From Carcharhinus longimanus (taxonomy: Eukaryota), in NCBI GenBank assembly GCA_030264375.1, contig JASCQW010000132.1:48178019-48242018 (forward strand): a DNA stretch of 64,000 nt. Direction: 5' to 3'. Every line of letters starts with the position of its first letter. Within the stretch, counting starts at the first letter, position 1. The translations under genes and the position numbers were made by a program. A model generated the notes under the pieces. It made no database searches and had not been told where the DNA came from. It saw only the letters and a list, made by a program, of their open reading frames with translations. Positions 12,625-25,964 of this stretch are shown here, one piece after another.

Positions 12625-12802
12625 AAAAACAGAAAATGCTAGAAGATCTCAGCATGTTTGACAATGTCTGTGAAGCGTGAATAGAGTCAATGTTTCAAAC
12701 CGTTGGCTCTATTCTCTCTCCACAGATGCTGTCAAACCTGCTGAGATTTTCCAGCATTTTCTGTTTTTATTTGTGATTCCAGCATTCGCGGTATTTTGAC
12801 TT
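12625..12802. mobile_element. Penelope pLTR fold-back (head-to-head) element
   Basis: The arm aaaacagaaaatgctagaagatctcagc pairs with gctgagattttccagcattttctgtttt, centred on gtttcaaac. Confidence 0.75.
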
Positions 12803-12804
12803 TA

Positions 12805-13186
12805 CCTTAGTGTAATGGATCCACCTTTGTTTTAGCCAAACATTTAATTTTCACATACCTAAAGATGTTTTTACAGTCCATGTTTATGTATTTTGCCAAA
12901 TTGCATTCATATTCTGTTCTCCCTTTCTTTATCGGTGTCTTGGCCTTCTTTGATTGTATTTTTGCAACTATGTCCCCATTATAAATTCTGACTCTAAGGG
13001 ACCTACATTTGTCTTCATCAATCATTTTCTCTTCACATACCTAGTTAATCCATGCACTCTTTGAATGTTTGCCATTGCCAATCCAGCATCATCCTTTGAA
13101 GTAACAATCCATCAAAGCAAAATCACACCTCATATCATCATTGTTTCATTTGTTAACATTCAGGGATCCTAGTCTCTGCATCAACT
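12805..13186 (-). mobile_element. CR1 LINE fragment (pre-RT region)
   Basis: EYECNLAKYINMDCKNIFRYVK...KTKVDPL parallels DCKSLYRYMKRKRLVKTNVGPL of the copy at 48223. Confidence 0.75.
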
Positions 13187-13551
13187 NNNNNNNNNNNNNN
13201 NNNNNNNNNNNNNNNNNNNNNNNNNNNNNNNNNNNAAATCAGAGTTGGAATCCCTGTTTCCATCTCTGATCAGGCAAAGAAACCTACTTTCTGCCAATTT
13301 TTCTCACCAATCCTCCTGAAAATCATACTCAGTGCAGGGAACCTTGGAGGGAGCAGCAGAGAGAATCTGCACAAAAGCTGCACTTATTTAAATGGCACTA
13401 ACTACCAAAAGTTGGTATGTAGGAGTTCAAATATCCCTAAGCTTTTCAGTGTTTTAATGAATGAGTGTATAGATGAGTAATTGGATGAATGTGTAGCTGT
13501 ATCTGTGGATATGTTCAGTGAAGTAAGTGTGTAAGGGGAGAGGGTGACAAC

Positions 13552-13650
13552 TGTGCTAGAAGAGTCATATTGGGCTTGAAATGTTAATTTGGTTCCTCTC
13601 TCCACAGATGCTTCAAGATCGTCTGAGTTTTTCAGGCACCTTTGCTTTTG
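13552..13650 (+). mobile_element. Penelope pLTR fragment with decayed hammerhead motif
   Basis: ctagaagagtcatattgggcttgaaatgtta followed by ctctctccacagatgct. Confidence 0.55.
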
Positions 13651-14402
13651 AGTGGTATCTGGGCAGCATGGCAGCTACATAGGGCGGTGATATTGGTCAG
13701 GTGGGGAGGGTGCAAGGGAGTCAGGCATTGGGGAAGAGTTGAGTGGTGTGGGCTGGTCAGGTTAGGTTTGGAAGAGTCAGTGATCAGGGGAGGGGGCCAG
13801 GATGTCTGGAGTTAATTGGGGTTGCTTGGAGAATCAGGCAGGGTTGGGTGTCAGGATGGTAGTCAGGTGATCAAGGGGTCTGTCAGTAGTTCAGTTGTAT
13901 AGTTGATCAGGAACTAGATTAGGATTTCCCTGACTGACATTTCTTGTGCATTCAGGTCCATAAGTCAGAACTGTCTGAAATCTTGGAGACTTTTTAGAGC
14001 GTCCCAGGGCCCATCGGAAGTTCAAACTTCTTGGGCAAGTCCCCACAGAGTCAGGATATCGGGATTTTCTAGGGATGCTGGAGCACATCATGGTGGGTGG
14101 GGGGGGGTGGTGGGTAGATGAATTCAGGATAGTGTGGGGAAGGCACACTAGTATGGAGAGGCAGTGGAATGAGAATATGTCTGTTTCTGAAAATCTAGAG
14201 AGCGGAATATCTGAGCCAATGAGGTATGACAATTTTCAAGATGATATTTAGAGTCCGCTGCCACAGCCGAGCTGATAGGAACGTAAAACCAGCAATTTTG
14301 TTGCCATGGAATCCCAAAGGATCTCCAGAAAGGATGACCTCTGAAGCCAGAAAAATATGTCAGTCAACTCGGCCTCAGCGTTATTCTCAGTTATCAGGTG
14401 GA

Positions 14403-15301
14403 CCTCCCTCATAGACTCCATTCTGAGGAGAAGAAAATCTACTCTGGCACCCCCCAGAGGCACCCCACTGTAGTGCAGTGTGGCCAGTTGTCTCTTTAAT
14501 CAAAGCAAATTACTGCAGATGCTGGAACCTGACACCAAAAGAGAAAATGCTGGAAAATCTCAGCAGGTCTGGCAGTGTCTATAAGGAGAGAAAAGAGTTG
14601 ACATTTCGAGNNNNNNNNNNNNNNNNNNNNNNNNNNNNNNNNNNNNNNNNNNNNNNNNNNNNNAGTGTAGGGTGAGGGAATGAAAGATGAGTCATAGCCA
14701 CAAAAACAAGGGGAAAGGCTAAGAGGTGTTAGCCTGAGGGTTGTAGGGTTGAAAAAAGTAAGGGTAAGGAAGGGCAAAGCCATGAAGGGATTTGAACAGA
14801 AAGATGAGAATTTTGAAAATGGGGCAATTGTAGCAGTGAATTGTGATATTGACTATGTATATAATAGTGATTTTATAATAGTGATATTATTCAATATATC
14901 AACCTCTACAAATATAAGCTGTTATGACCAGTCAAAGGAGAAAACTACCTAAAACACTGATATAATATCCTCAGAGTGACAATCACCAGCAGGTTGCCAC
15001 TGCGTAATGACTTACCTTCGCTGGAATTCCAAAGCCTCTATCTCACCCATCCTGGCTTGCTCAGGCTGGGTGAGACAGGGATAGCAAAGCAATTCCAGGG
15101 CTCCAGCAGTGAGGAATAAAAGAAACATCTTTTCCACCTGCTGAAATTTTCCAGCATTTTCTCTTTTGATTCCAGATTCCAGCATCCGCAGGAATTTGCT
15201 TTTATTAAGGAGACAACTGGCCACACTGCACTACAGTGGGGTGCCTCTGGGGGGTGCCAGAATCAATTTCTATCTCCTCAATACCGACTTTGTGAGGGAG
15301 G
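14403..15301. repeat. Inverted repeat, arms ~14403-14568 and ~15136-15301, each ending in a Penelope pLTR piece
   Basis: 14443-14494 is the exact reverse complement of 15210-15261 (52 bp); the rest of the arms match imperfectly. Confidence 0.9.
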
Positions 15302-16477
15302 ACACATCCCCTTTTTATAGCACCAGTGTCATAAAGTAGGTGAGTTCAAGGGATAATTGAAAGAGAAACTGAGTGAATAGAATATAGGATTGAGTATTCA
15401 GATATCGGCAGGGGGGTGGGGGTNNNNNNNNNNNNNNNNNNNNNNNNNNNNNNNNNNNNNNNNNNNNNNNNNNNNNNNNNNNNNNNNNNNNNNNNNNNNN
15501 NNNNNNNNNNNNNNNNNNNNNNNNNNNNNNNNNNNNNNNNNNNNNNNNNNNNNNNNTCTGGGCGTTTAAAATGATTACTCTAAAGTTAGAAATGATTTTT
15601 TTTCCCCCCTTCTAACTCTTTTTCAAAGTTGCTATCAGGGTAAAACTGGCCGAACCATCCAAAATTAGTGATTTAAATCACTTTGTCCAGTGAAGGTAGC
15701 CCTTCTGGGCAATTGCCAGGATACCCTGACATGGGGACTTCCAAGATTCCCCAGCGCATCCACCAAATCCATGCTGGGGAGTCAGGGAAAGTTATGACCC
15801 AATATTTTTGCCCTCGGTTTCAATGATAGTTTCTTATGTTTCTTCAAATGGTCTCATGCTTGCGCTGGACAACAATAATCACAACAATCATTTCACATTT
15901 AAACAGCTCACTGCTAGAAGCTGCTCCTGCACAGTTTGGATTAGCTTCAATTATGCAATATGTGTAAAGCTACAGATGAAGTGATAAATGTATCACACAT
16001 ATGCATGTTAACATAAATTAATCACCATGGTGTCCTTTACATAATTTGTTTGAGATTTCATTTTCGGTGTTGATTACAGAAAGGTGTTTTATAAACAGTG
16101 CACTTGACAGGGAGTTGTGAAATGCAGAACAGTTTCCACTTAGGACGATCTTTTATCTCACTGGCAAGGTTATTTTCCCATCAGCAATTCTTCAATCACT
16201 CAACTAATCGAAAAGCAACAAGAGTGTTAAGTGCCTAGCAAGTTGACATCTATAAAAATCGATTCCAGAGGATGGGGCCACAACAGTGGTCACAACAATT
16301 CAAACAGCATTAACACACTGGACCTATTTTCACCAGAATGCTGCTTGCTGCATTAAAACAATCTGCTGTATATGAACAGAAAAAGGCCTTCAAAACGAAA
16401 TTGACGAACCACATCAACATGAAGATTTGTATGGGAATTACAACTGCAGCATTCAGTGAAACTGGTTTATACAGTAG

Positions 16478-16655
16478 GAAGAAAGAACCTGGATTTATGT
16501 GGCATGTTACATGACTTCAAGGTATCCCTAAGCACTTTTACAGCCAATGAATCAGCTTTGAAGTGTGGTCAATGTTATATTGTAGGAGACACAGCGACTA
16601 ATTTGCACACAAGGTCACAGCAATGTGACAATGACCTGGTAATCTGTTTTACTTT
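16478..16655 (-). mobile_element. DeuSINE-type (SacSINE1/AmnSINE1-like) 3' part
   Basis: The reverse complement reads tgtgcaaattagtcgctgtgtctcctacaatataacattgaccacacttcaaagctgattcattggctgtaaaagtgcttaggg, resembling the Deu domain and tail. Confidence 0.7.
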
Positions 16656-16659
16656 TTAA

Positions 16660-18832
16660 GTGTGTCAATCAGAGTTCAGGATAAGCATATCCCTTTTAGA
16701 GTAAAGGGCAAGGCTGGTAGAAGTAGGGAGCCCTAGATGACTCAGGATATTGAGGCTCTGGTCAAAAAGGAGGAGGAGGCATATGACATGTATAGGCAGC
16801 TTGGATCAAGTGGATCCCTTGAAGATTTTGAGGTCATTGGCATAGAGTTAAGAGACAAATCAGAAGGTCAAAAAGGGGACATGAGATTGCTTCAGCAGAT
16901 AATGCAAAGGAGAATCCAAAGAGCTTCCATATATACATAAAGGGCAAAAGAGTAACTAGGGATAGAATAGGGCCTCTTAAGGATTAACAAAGTCATCACT
17001 GTGCTGATCCACAAGGGATGGGTGAGATCCTAAATGAATAGGACAGAGGTAGATAGGTCTTGATTAATAAGGGTATCAGGAGTTATGGGCAAAAGGCAGG
17101 AGAATGGGAATGAGAAAATTATCAGCCATGATTGAATGGTGGAGCAGACTTGATGGGCCAAATGGTCTAATTCTGCTCCTGTGTCTTATGGCCTTAATAT
17201 TTCTCATTGGTATTTACTGTTGAGAAAGGCATGGATGTTAAGAATCTTGGGGAAATAAATAGTGATGTCTTACCCAGAAGAAAGTGCTGGAAGTCTTAAA
17301 GCGCATTAAGGTAGATAAATCCCCAGGACCTGATGAAGTGTGTCCCAGGACATTGTGGGAGGCCTGAGAGGAAATTAAGGTCCTCTAGCAGAGATACTTG
17401 AATCATTGACAGCCGCAGGTAAGGTGCCTGAAGATTGGAGGTTAGCAAATGGTGTGCCTTTGTTTAAGAAAGGCTGTAGGGAAAAGCCTGGGAACTATGG
17501 ACCTGTTAGGTGAATGTCTGTAGTGGTTAAATTTTTAGAAAGTATTCTGAGACAGGATCTACAGGCAATTAAAGAGGCAAGGATTGATTAGGGACAGTCA
17601 GCATGGCTTTGTGAATGGAAACTCATGTCTCATGAATTTGATTGCGTTTTTTGAAGCGGTAACCAAGGAAGTAGATGAGGGCAGTACAATTGATGGTGCC
17701 TACATAGACTTTAGCAAGACCTTTGACAAGGTATCGTATGATAGGTAGTTGCATAAGGTTAAATCTCATGGGATCCAGGGTGAGGTAGCCAATTGGATGC
17801 AAAGTTGGTTTGACGACAGAAGACAGAGGATGGTCGTAGAGGGTTGTTTCTCAAACTGGAGACCTGTGACCAATGGTGTGCCTCAGCAGTTAGTGCTAGG
17901 TCCACTGTTATTTGTCATTTATATTAATGATTTGGATGAGAATTTAGGAGTCATGATTAGTAAGTTTGCAGATGACACCAAGATTGGTGGCATAATGGAC
18001 AATGAAGAAGGTTATCTGGGATTGCAATGGGATCTTGATCAATTGAACCAGTGGACTGATGAATGGAGTTTAATTTAGATAAATGTGAGGTGATGCATTT
18101 TGGTAGATCAAATCAGTTAATGATAGGGCATTGGGAAGAGTTATAGGACAAAGTGTTCTAGGAATACAGGTTCATAGCTCCTTGAAAGAGGAAACACAGA
18201 TGGACAGGGTGATGAAGAAGGCATTTGGCTTGCTTCATTTCATTGGTCAGAACATTGAATACAGGAGTTGGGATGTCATGTTGAAGTTGTACAAGATATT
18301 GGTAAGGTCACACTAGGTCACCCTATTATAGAAAGGATATTATTGAACTGGAAGAGTGCAGAAAAGATTTGCTATGCAGCTACTGCATAGGTTTGAGTTA
18401 TAAGGAGAGGCTGGATGGATTGAGACTTCTTTGGAGCTAAGGAAGCTTAGGGGTGATCTTATAGAGGTCTATAAAACAATGAGTGGCATAGATAAAGTGG
18501 ATGGCCATTATCTTTTCCCAAAGGTAGGGGAATCTAAAACTAGAGGGCATAGGTTTAAGGTGAGAGGGCAAAGATACAAAAGGGTTCAGAGGGGCAATTC
18601 TTTCACTCAGAGTGGTCAGCATCTGAAACGAGCTGCCAGAGATGGTAGCCGAGGTGGATACAATTTTGGCTTTCAAAAAGCATTTAGGCAGTTACATGGG
18701 TAAGATGGGTATTGAGGGATATGGGCCAAATATGTGCAATTGGGACTAACTTAGTGGTAAAAACTGGGTGGCATGGGCAAATTGGGATGATGGGCCTGTT
18801 GCTATGCTGTAAACCTCTATGACTCTATGATT
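16660..18832 (+). mobile_element. CR1/HER1 LINE, 5'-truncated, ORF2 RT pseudogenised; nested LINE tail at 17041-17195
   Basis: GVPQQLVLGPLLFVIYINDLD...KFADDTKIGG at 17749-18078; tail ctctatgactctatga. Confidence 0.95.
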
Positions 18833-18834
18833 GT

Positions 18835-19200
18835 ATTCATTGGAGGGTCGGAGGAAGAGGGAGGACTTGATAGATGTTTACAAGATTGTGACATTGTTTG
18901 GATAGAATGGGATAGTCAAAAGTATTTTTCCCAGAGTTGACGGGCCAATTACTTGGGGGTATAGGTTGAAAGTGAGAGGGGGAGAATGGTGAATGTTTGG
19001 AACGCACTGCCAGAGGAGGTGGTTGAAGCAGGTTCTGTAACAACACCCAAGAGGCATCTGGATAGATACATGAATAGGAAGGGAGAAGAGGGATATGGTC
19101 CTTGTGGAGGCAAGAAAATTTTAGATTAGAGAGGCATCTGTGTCAGCAGAAACTCAGTGAGCCGATGGGCCTTTTCATGTGCTGTAATGTTCTTTGTTTA
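18835..19200 (+). mobile_element. CR1 LINE 3' end
   Basis: ggaggaagagggaggacttgatagatgtttacaagatt (LRGDLI.VYK-like) plus 3' UTR. Confidence 0.75.
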
Positions 19201-20899
19201 TTTTCTTTGTTTTCTATGCCACTATTATTAAAGTCTTGGATATTGTATGGTTTATTGATTGCTCTCTCAGTCTGTTCTGCCACATTCAATGACTAATGCA
19301 TATATACACCCAGGTCTCTGCTCGTGCACCCTCTTTAGGATTGTGCCCTTGATTTTATATTGTCTTTCCATGTTCTTCCTACCAAAATAAATCACTTCCC
19401 AAATCTATTTCAACACAGTTCCTTGTATGTTGCCCACTTTTCCTCCCATGCTGAAGATTGTGTAAGTTGTGAGTTGAGATATTTTAAAACATGAAAAAAT
19501 TATGAAGTGCAATAAATTGGGGCTTTATTATTAAAATATTAATTGCAAATATGTTGTCTTGATTTCATGAGAAAACATCAATGAGCCTAACATCATAACT
19601 CTTCCCACTTTTGCACTACATTCAGAGAATATTCTTGGGTTTGCTGTGAGTCATGATGCCACAGTTGTACCTGTGAAGATTTCACCAGGTCAGTATTGAG
19701 AGTAAGAATGCCTCTGTCAGCATTTTGAACCAATTTTAATCTTCACAGTATGCATTCAAGGGGACAGTTCTGTTAATAAACTCTGCTAGAAATTTTTATG
19801 TCATGTGACATCAATAGTTATCAGGACCCCACAGCCATGTTATAAATGATGGTGTGAATTGGCACCAACTAATAAAAGGGACTTTATCAATAAATTATTT
19901 TGTTTTCTTTGGAAATGAAGTTCCTCAAAGGTTCTCCTCTTCCACCATTGTTACTCCAACAATGGTTTACTTCCAGAGAAGGTATGGCACTGGAGCATGG
20001 GAAACGCTGAGAAAATGCACCCTTGTTGTTACCCATTTTACCTTTTTTTAACTTTTCTTTCCTTTGTGGTATAAACCGATGTTTGAGATCTGAGATCCAG
20101 AACTAGACTGTGAGATAGTTTGGTGGAGAGGGAAGATTTCATTGTGAGTAGATCACTTAGCCAAAGCTTTTACATGAGCACGTGGGTTAAGTTGCCAATT
20201 AAGTACTGGTTACAAGCGAGTCTGGCATACTGAATTGGATTTGGATCTCTCAGCTAGAAGAGTTGCTGGCATCTGCTAGTTTCTTTGCGAGGATTCAAAC
20301 TTGTCAGCTGTGTAATGACTAACAAGTATCAATCCTTTTGGGGGTATAAGGGAATACCAGGCCTCTGGGAAAGAGTGACTCCAATGTGGCACTTCTGATC
20401 ATGAAAGATTTGAATGAACACTCAGTGGTGGAATCTATAACCTGACACCTCAAGCAGACAAGTGTGCGATACATCAGGGAATGGTTAATTAATTGTCTAA
20501 TTCACATTGTTAATGGGATCTGGAGGGGCAAACCTGTCACTGGAAGCTAGAATGCTTCTCATTCAGCTTTCTGTAAGCTTTAACGGAGTGACTGCTCCCA
20601 GCAACAAGAAGCCCACCACTGTCCTGTGCTGATCAGCTGCATAGTCGTAGCTGGTTAAATTCCAGCGCCACCCCTCTGCACATTTGTCAGCTTGTTGTTA
20701 CAAATACGAAATTTATAAAATCATGTTTCAAGGCTGCCTCTGCAACTTAATGTAAAAGGGAGGAATGAAGGGGGCCATGTGACCTAATTGAAATTCTGTC
20801 GAACAATAAGCTTGCCGGCTTGGTTATTAAAGATTCTCCGTAAGATGTTCACACTTGTAGACAATGGCAGGAGTATCTGTGCTGAAGATGGGTGGATGG

Positions 20900-21660
20900 T
20901 TAGCTATAAACCAGGAAATGGTCAGGAGGGAGGCATTTAGGAAAATTACAATCACCAAAGAAGTGGTACTGAGTAAATTATTGGAGCTGCGGGCCAACAA
21001 GAGCCAGGGACCTGATGGACTCCATCTCGAGTCTCAACAGAAGCGTCTAGTGAGATAGTTAATGCATTGATTTTAATTTGTCAAAATTCCCTAGAATGAG
21101 GGAAGGTGCCATTAGATTGGGAGGTAGCTAATATTCAAAAAGGGAGGGAGACAGGAATTGGGAAACTATAGGCCAGTTAGCTCAACATCTGTCATAGAGA
21201 AAATGTTAGAGCTATTATTAAGTTATAGCAGGGCATTTGGATAAGCTCAAGATAATCAGGCAGAGTCAACACTGTTTTGCAAAAGGGAAATCGTGTTTAA
21301 CCAACTTATTGGACTTGCTTGAGGAAATAATTTGTACTGTGGAAAAAAAGGGAACTGGGGGATATAGTGCAGTTAGATTTCCAGGAGGCATTTGATACAA
21401 TGTCACATCAAAAGTTGTTGCAGAAAATCAAAGGTCATGTTATAAGGATAGATTGGCATGGATAGAAGGTAGTCTGGCTAACAGGAAGCAGTGAGTAGGC
21501 ATAATAGGCCTTTTTTAAGGTTGGCAAGATGTAACGAGTGGTATGCCACAGGTAGCAGGGACCTCAATTGTTTATAATTTATATCAATGACTTGGATGAA
21601 GGGATTGAAGGTATGGTTGTTAAATTTGCTGATGGGTAAGTAAGATGGAGAGGCATAAGG
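20900..21660 (+). mobile_element. CR1 LINE RT fragment
   Basis: NKSQGPDGLH, GNYRPVSS, LDFQEAFD and YINDLDEG...KFAD motifs. Confidence 0.85.
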
Positions 21661-22187
21661 AAACTTAAAGCTTGAAACCTTGTTGGGTGATCCTTCCAGC
21701 CAGTCATGGAAATTTGAATATCTATCAAAAGGTTATCAGTGTTTATGAGGAGCGTTACACAGTCCCGAGATTAGATAACTGAGGGATTTCACTCAGAGAG
21801 AGGACTTTATTTCTGAAAATCGGTGGAGTTCTATAAAAGACAGGTCCCCATTCCACCACGGTCACATCTTGGGAGTAAGCCAACTCTGTATTTTCAGAAA
21901 CTGTGGAACCCACCAGCCATCCGGACATAGAAGTGGTGCCCATAACCCATCCATAGACATCTCTTGACAATTATCCACATCCTTCAATGTAAGGGATGAT
22001 ACTCTAGCTTTGACAAAAAAAAGGCTCTCTTTTAGTGCTTATTTCCATCATTAGGGTGCCTACATACACCCTACCAGAGACCACTCATCTTATTGAGTGC
22101 ATCAGGCTTTACCTTACACTGGACTCTGTATGAGGCAGAGTGGGAAATCCCAGAGTAGGGTTTCCCCACCCCTGCACACCAAGGGTG

Positions 22188-22535
22188 GGGTGGCAGGGTG
22201 CCACGATGGTTAGCACTGCTGCCTCACAGCACCAGGGACCCGGGTTCAATTCCGGCCATGGGTGACTGTCTGTGTGGAGTTTGCACTTTGTCCCCGTTTC
22301 TGTGTGGGTTTCTTCTGGGTGTTTCCGTTTCCTCACACAGCCCAAAGGTGTGCAGGTTAGGTGAATTGGCCCTTAGGGTCCCAAAGTATGTAATTTAGAA
22401 GGATTAGCCATGGGAAATGTGTGGAGTTACAGAATAGAGAGAGAGCCTAGGTAAGGTGCTCTCTCCGAGAATTGGCATAGAATTGATGGGCCAAATGACT
22501 TCTTCTGCACTGTTGGGAAACTATGATTCTGTGAT
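22188..22535 (+). mobile_element. HE1 V-SINE, near full length with CR1/HER1 tail
   Basis: tRNA-like A and B boxes (tggttagc; ggttcaattcc), V-core, and tail gatgggccaaatgacttcttctgcactg...ctatgattctgtga. Confidence 0.92.
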
Positions 22536-25500
22536 TCAGAGACCTTGTAAGGTATAAATAAAACTTTTTCCCTTTACAACATCAAGTGATAAATCCCATA
22601 TCAGGTTAAGGCTTGTTTTGCAAGGGTCATGGCCTTTTCTTGAGCTGGGACAGATTGAATCAACTCTCAGTGCAGTGGGTGCTCCACCTGGTTTAGGAAT
22701 AAAAACGCCAGCAGTTTGACACCAATGCAATCTTACCATCTGCCAGCAAGTCACCTTGAGAGCAATGACAGGACTGTCCAAAGGTCAGCTTCATGGCTGC
22801 AATCGGATCCCAGGATGATTCTGAGTACTGAAACCCGTGCTTACCAGAGTGATCCCCCCCCCCAATATTTTTCCCCATGTCATGTGTTCCTTATTTTGCA
22901 GATTGATCCTTAAAGGGACAATCATCACACCCCCACCCCTCCAGACAACCTCATAACTATACCTGACTGCTCTTCTCAATCATGCTAACCTCTGAGCAGA
23001 CCTGATTCACTCCACCACTTGACTACCCCCAACCCAACTACCCCTCCTGATCGCAATTACCCTTGACCGTCCAACCAGCCCTGACTCCATGACCTGAATA
23101 ACCCCAGAACTGACTACACTCCTGACCCAATTGCCTACCTCACCCACCCGTCACGTAACCCACTTGCCACATCACCCACCGGCCACCTCATCAAACAGCC
23201 ACCCTATCCACTCACCTTACCCATCCTACCACTTAGCCCAGTCACTCATGCACCCATTCACCAACATTCACACTGGGCATTTAAACTTACCATGTGGCAG
23301 CCAGTGCTGTAAAAGGGGAGTGTGGCCTCTGTGCTGATTCTCTTCCTAGGTCTCTGTATGGATTCCAGTGCTGAGCAGGTTTTTTAAGGACGTTACATCA
23401 AAAGTCAGACATTGTTAACTGTAATCAGGCAAGTGTGCAGTTTTCTAACTGACCAACTTTGGCCACAGTGCTCCCACTGATTGGAAAATTTGGCCAGTCG
23501 TGTTTACCTTCCGATAAGCACACGAGAAGAAAAAGTATTAAGTCACACACAAGCATTTGGTAAGACACTGTTCAGAATTTATACGATCAACTAGAAATTG
23601 TGAAGCAACATAAATTCCTTCAACTGCAGAACTAGAAGGAATAAGATGAGAAAATAACTTGACAAGACCGAATAAATAACAAATTAAGTTAAACGTTTTT
23701 ATGGATGGCTAACGTAAGAATTTGCAACACTGAAGGCTGTACCCAGATATGACCACTAGATGAGGCTATTGTTCACATTTTTTTTTCATTATGCTGTTTA
23801 GTCGATATTCAGCCTGTGCTTCGTGTCCTCAAATTAAGTAACTATTTCTTATTTTCAGTAAAAACTGCATTAGGTAATACTTACTATTTTGTACGCACAG
23901 CAGCATTCTGGATCTTTCATTAAGAATAAAAGTTATTATTGTGTTGTGCTTTCTTTGCCTCTATATTTAAAAGCAGTGTGATGTGTCTGACTTGCCGGGA
24001 ACCAGACTACACCATGCAAGTATAAACTTGTTAAGTCTGATGTCGGGACCTCGAAAATCAGACAGTTAAGTCTGCTTTTTCTCATCCCTGCAATTAAAAC
24101 TTTTCAAAGAGCTGGATTTTTAAGACAAATTTTGCCAGACATCTTAGATAATTTAGCTTGAATGTGCTTGTTAAATTATTATTTCTGTTATCATTTATGT
24201 CTACCACCAACAGAAAAATAACTCAGGTCAGCTCAGAAATGAAAATTAATGGGATCCCTAAGTGGCTCACCTTACACAGATGGTGTTTCTGTTTCAGCAT
24301 GACTGAATTTTTTTTTAGTTATCAGCAACTTACTTAGGCATCAAAAGTAACAGTAGCCAGACAACCTTGTTGACAAGGTGTGCTGTTCCTTTTAAATAAT
24401 CTTTGAATGCAATAACATTTTAATTAAAAAGAAATGCTACACCTTTAGGTTATCCTCTGTGATATTGATAAGTTACCTCCTTCCACTAGCAGTGCCAGTG
24501 TTCAGCTTCTTGTTAGTTTACCTCACAATGAATAGGTGATAAGAAAATGCAGTATGGCTTTTTCTGACGACTGCCCCATCACCAACAAAATATTGTTGTT
24601 AATCCTTGTCATGTTCGGCTATATGGGAAATGGGTAAATTCTTCCAATGGTGAATTTACAGCACGCCTAAATCCTAAAGGTGGCTGGGACTCAATCTTGA
24701 AGGCTCTTGAGTTGAGGGTTGAATCTCTTCAGCAACTGGCCTACTGTAGACTAGAGAAGAATTTATATTCAGAGAAACTGTATGCAATCGGTCATGCAGT
24801 ATGATACTATAAAGTCAGCAAATGACATTGTCGTTAATATTCTCTGGCATTGCATTTAGTCATAGAGTTGTACAGTGCAGAAAAGGCCCTTTGGCCCTTC
24901 CAGGCCTACTTGGCCTAATATGTTGCAAGTATATACATTACAACTTATTTCATTCATCATTCTTGCCTCCATTTTTCTCTTAGTCCTACCGCCATCCTAC
25001 AAAGCTGAAACAGAAATAAAACATGTGGTGGTGCTATAACTTCTGGAAGGTGAGAATCTGGACTAACACTTCAGTGAAAACCTTTCAGCAAACCATTTTG
25101 CTTTCACTTCTTACCCTGTGACATGTGACACAAAATACTCTTCAAACAAGATAAGTGAAAGAACATTCAATATATGAAGTGACAAATACTAAGATACATG
25201 TGACTTAAATTGAAACTTGCACAAACTCGTCCAATGTTAACTTTAGACCATATACAGCACTGTAATCAATTCATAACCATTAGTTTTTCTTATTTTGTTA
25301 AAAAAATCAATTAAGTTAGCAACTGAGTGTTTATCATAAAATCATAGAAATTACAGGACTGAGGAAACCATTCAGCCCAACATGTCTCTTGCCAGTGCTA
25401 TCCCTTCAAGTGATGCAGTGTACTTTAATTCCATTCCCTTGTCCTTTATTTGTACCTTTTTACATTCCTCCCTTTCCAATAGAACCATAGTTTGTAGAAG

Positions 25501-25964
25501 AGGAAGAGGCACTTTGGCCCATCAAGTCTGCAAGAACATTTTGTCAATTTCCTTTTAAATCAAATTTGTGCTCTGCTTGAAAAGGAAACTCACCTAACCT
25601 TCATTTTTGTTCTTTGCGTGATAATCCTTGTTACTAATTTACTGACCAATAGAATGAATCTTTCTCTATCTATCCTCCCAAAGCCTTTCTAAATGTTAAA
25701 AGCTCTATCAGAACTGTCTTTAAACTTCTTATTTCCAATGGGAAAGTGACAATTCAAAACAAAAAACAGTAGCAGGAGGAAACCATTCAGCTGTTCCACC
25801 ATTCATTATGATCCTGGCTGATCATCCAACTCAATATCCTTCCCCCCATATTTAGAAGCATAGAAGCTGCTGCATAGTTCTGGAGCTTTCAATCACCCTT
25901 ATGCCTCTTCATTTCTACTGTCATTTTAAAGCATTCTGTAGCTCTTAAATCCTTCCTGTAACAG

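Noticed and set aside
17749-18078. Reverse-transcriptase ORF as a functional gene
   Set aside because: It is a fragment of a CR1 ORF2 surrounded by stops and frameshifts; no intact retroelement ORF exists in the window.
21898-21988. Exon-like segment (tattttcag|...aat|gtaagg)
   Set aside because: Stops in all three frames; no recognisable product.
22195-22260. tRNA-like sequences with A and B boxes (many copies)
   Set aside because: They are SINE heads continuing into V-domain or other SINE bodies, not tRNA genes.
22900-23280. C-rich strand-skewed tract (and G-rich tract at 13680-13890)
   Set aside because: Low-complexity sequence, probably within decayed DNA-transposon interiors; the Pro/His-rich ORF is compositional.
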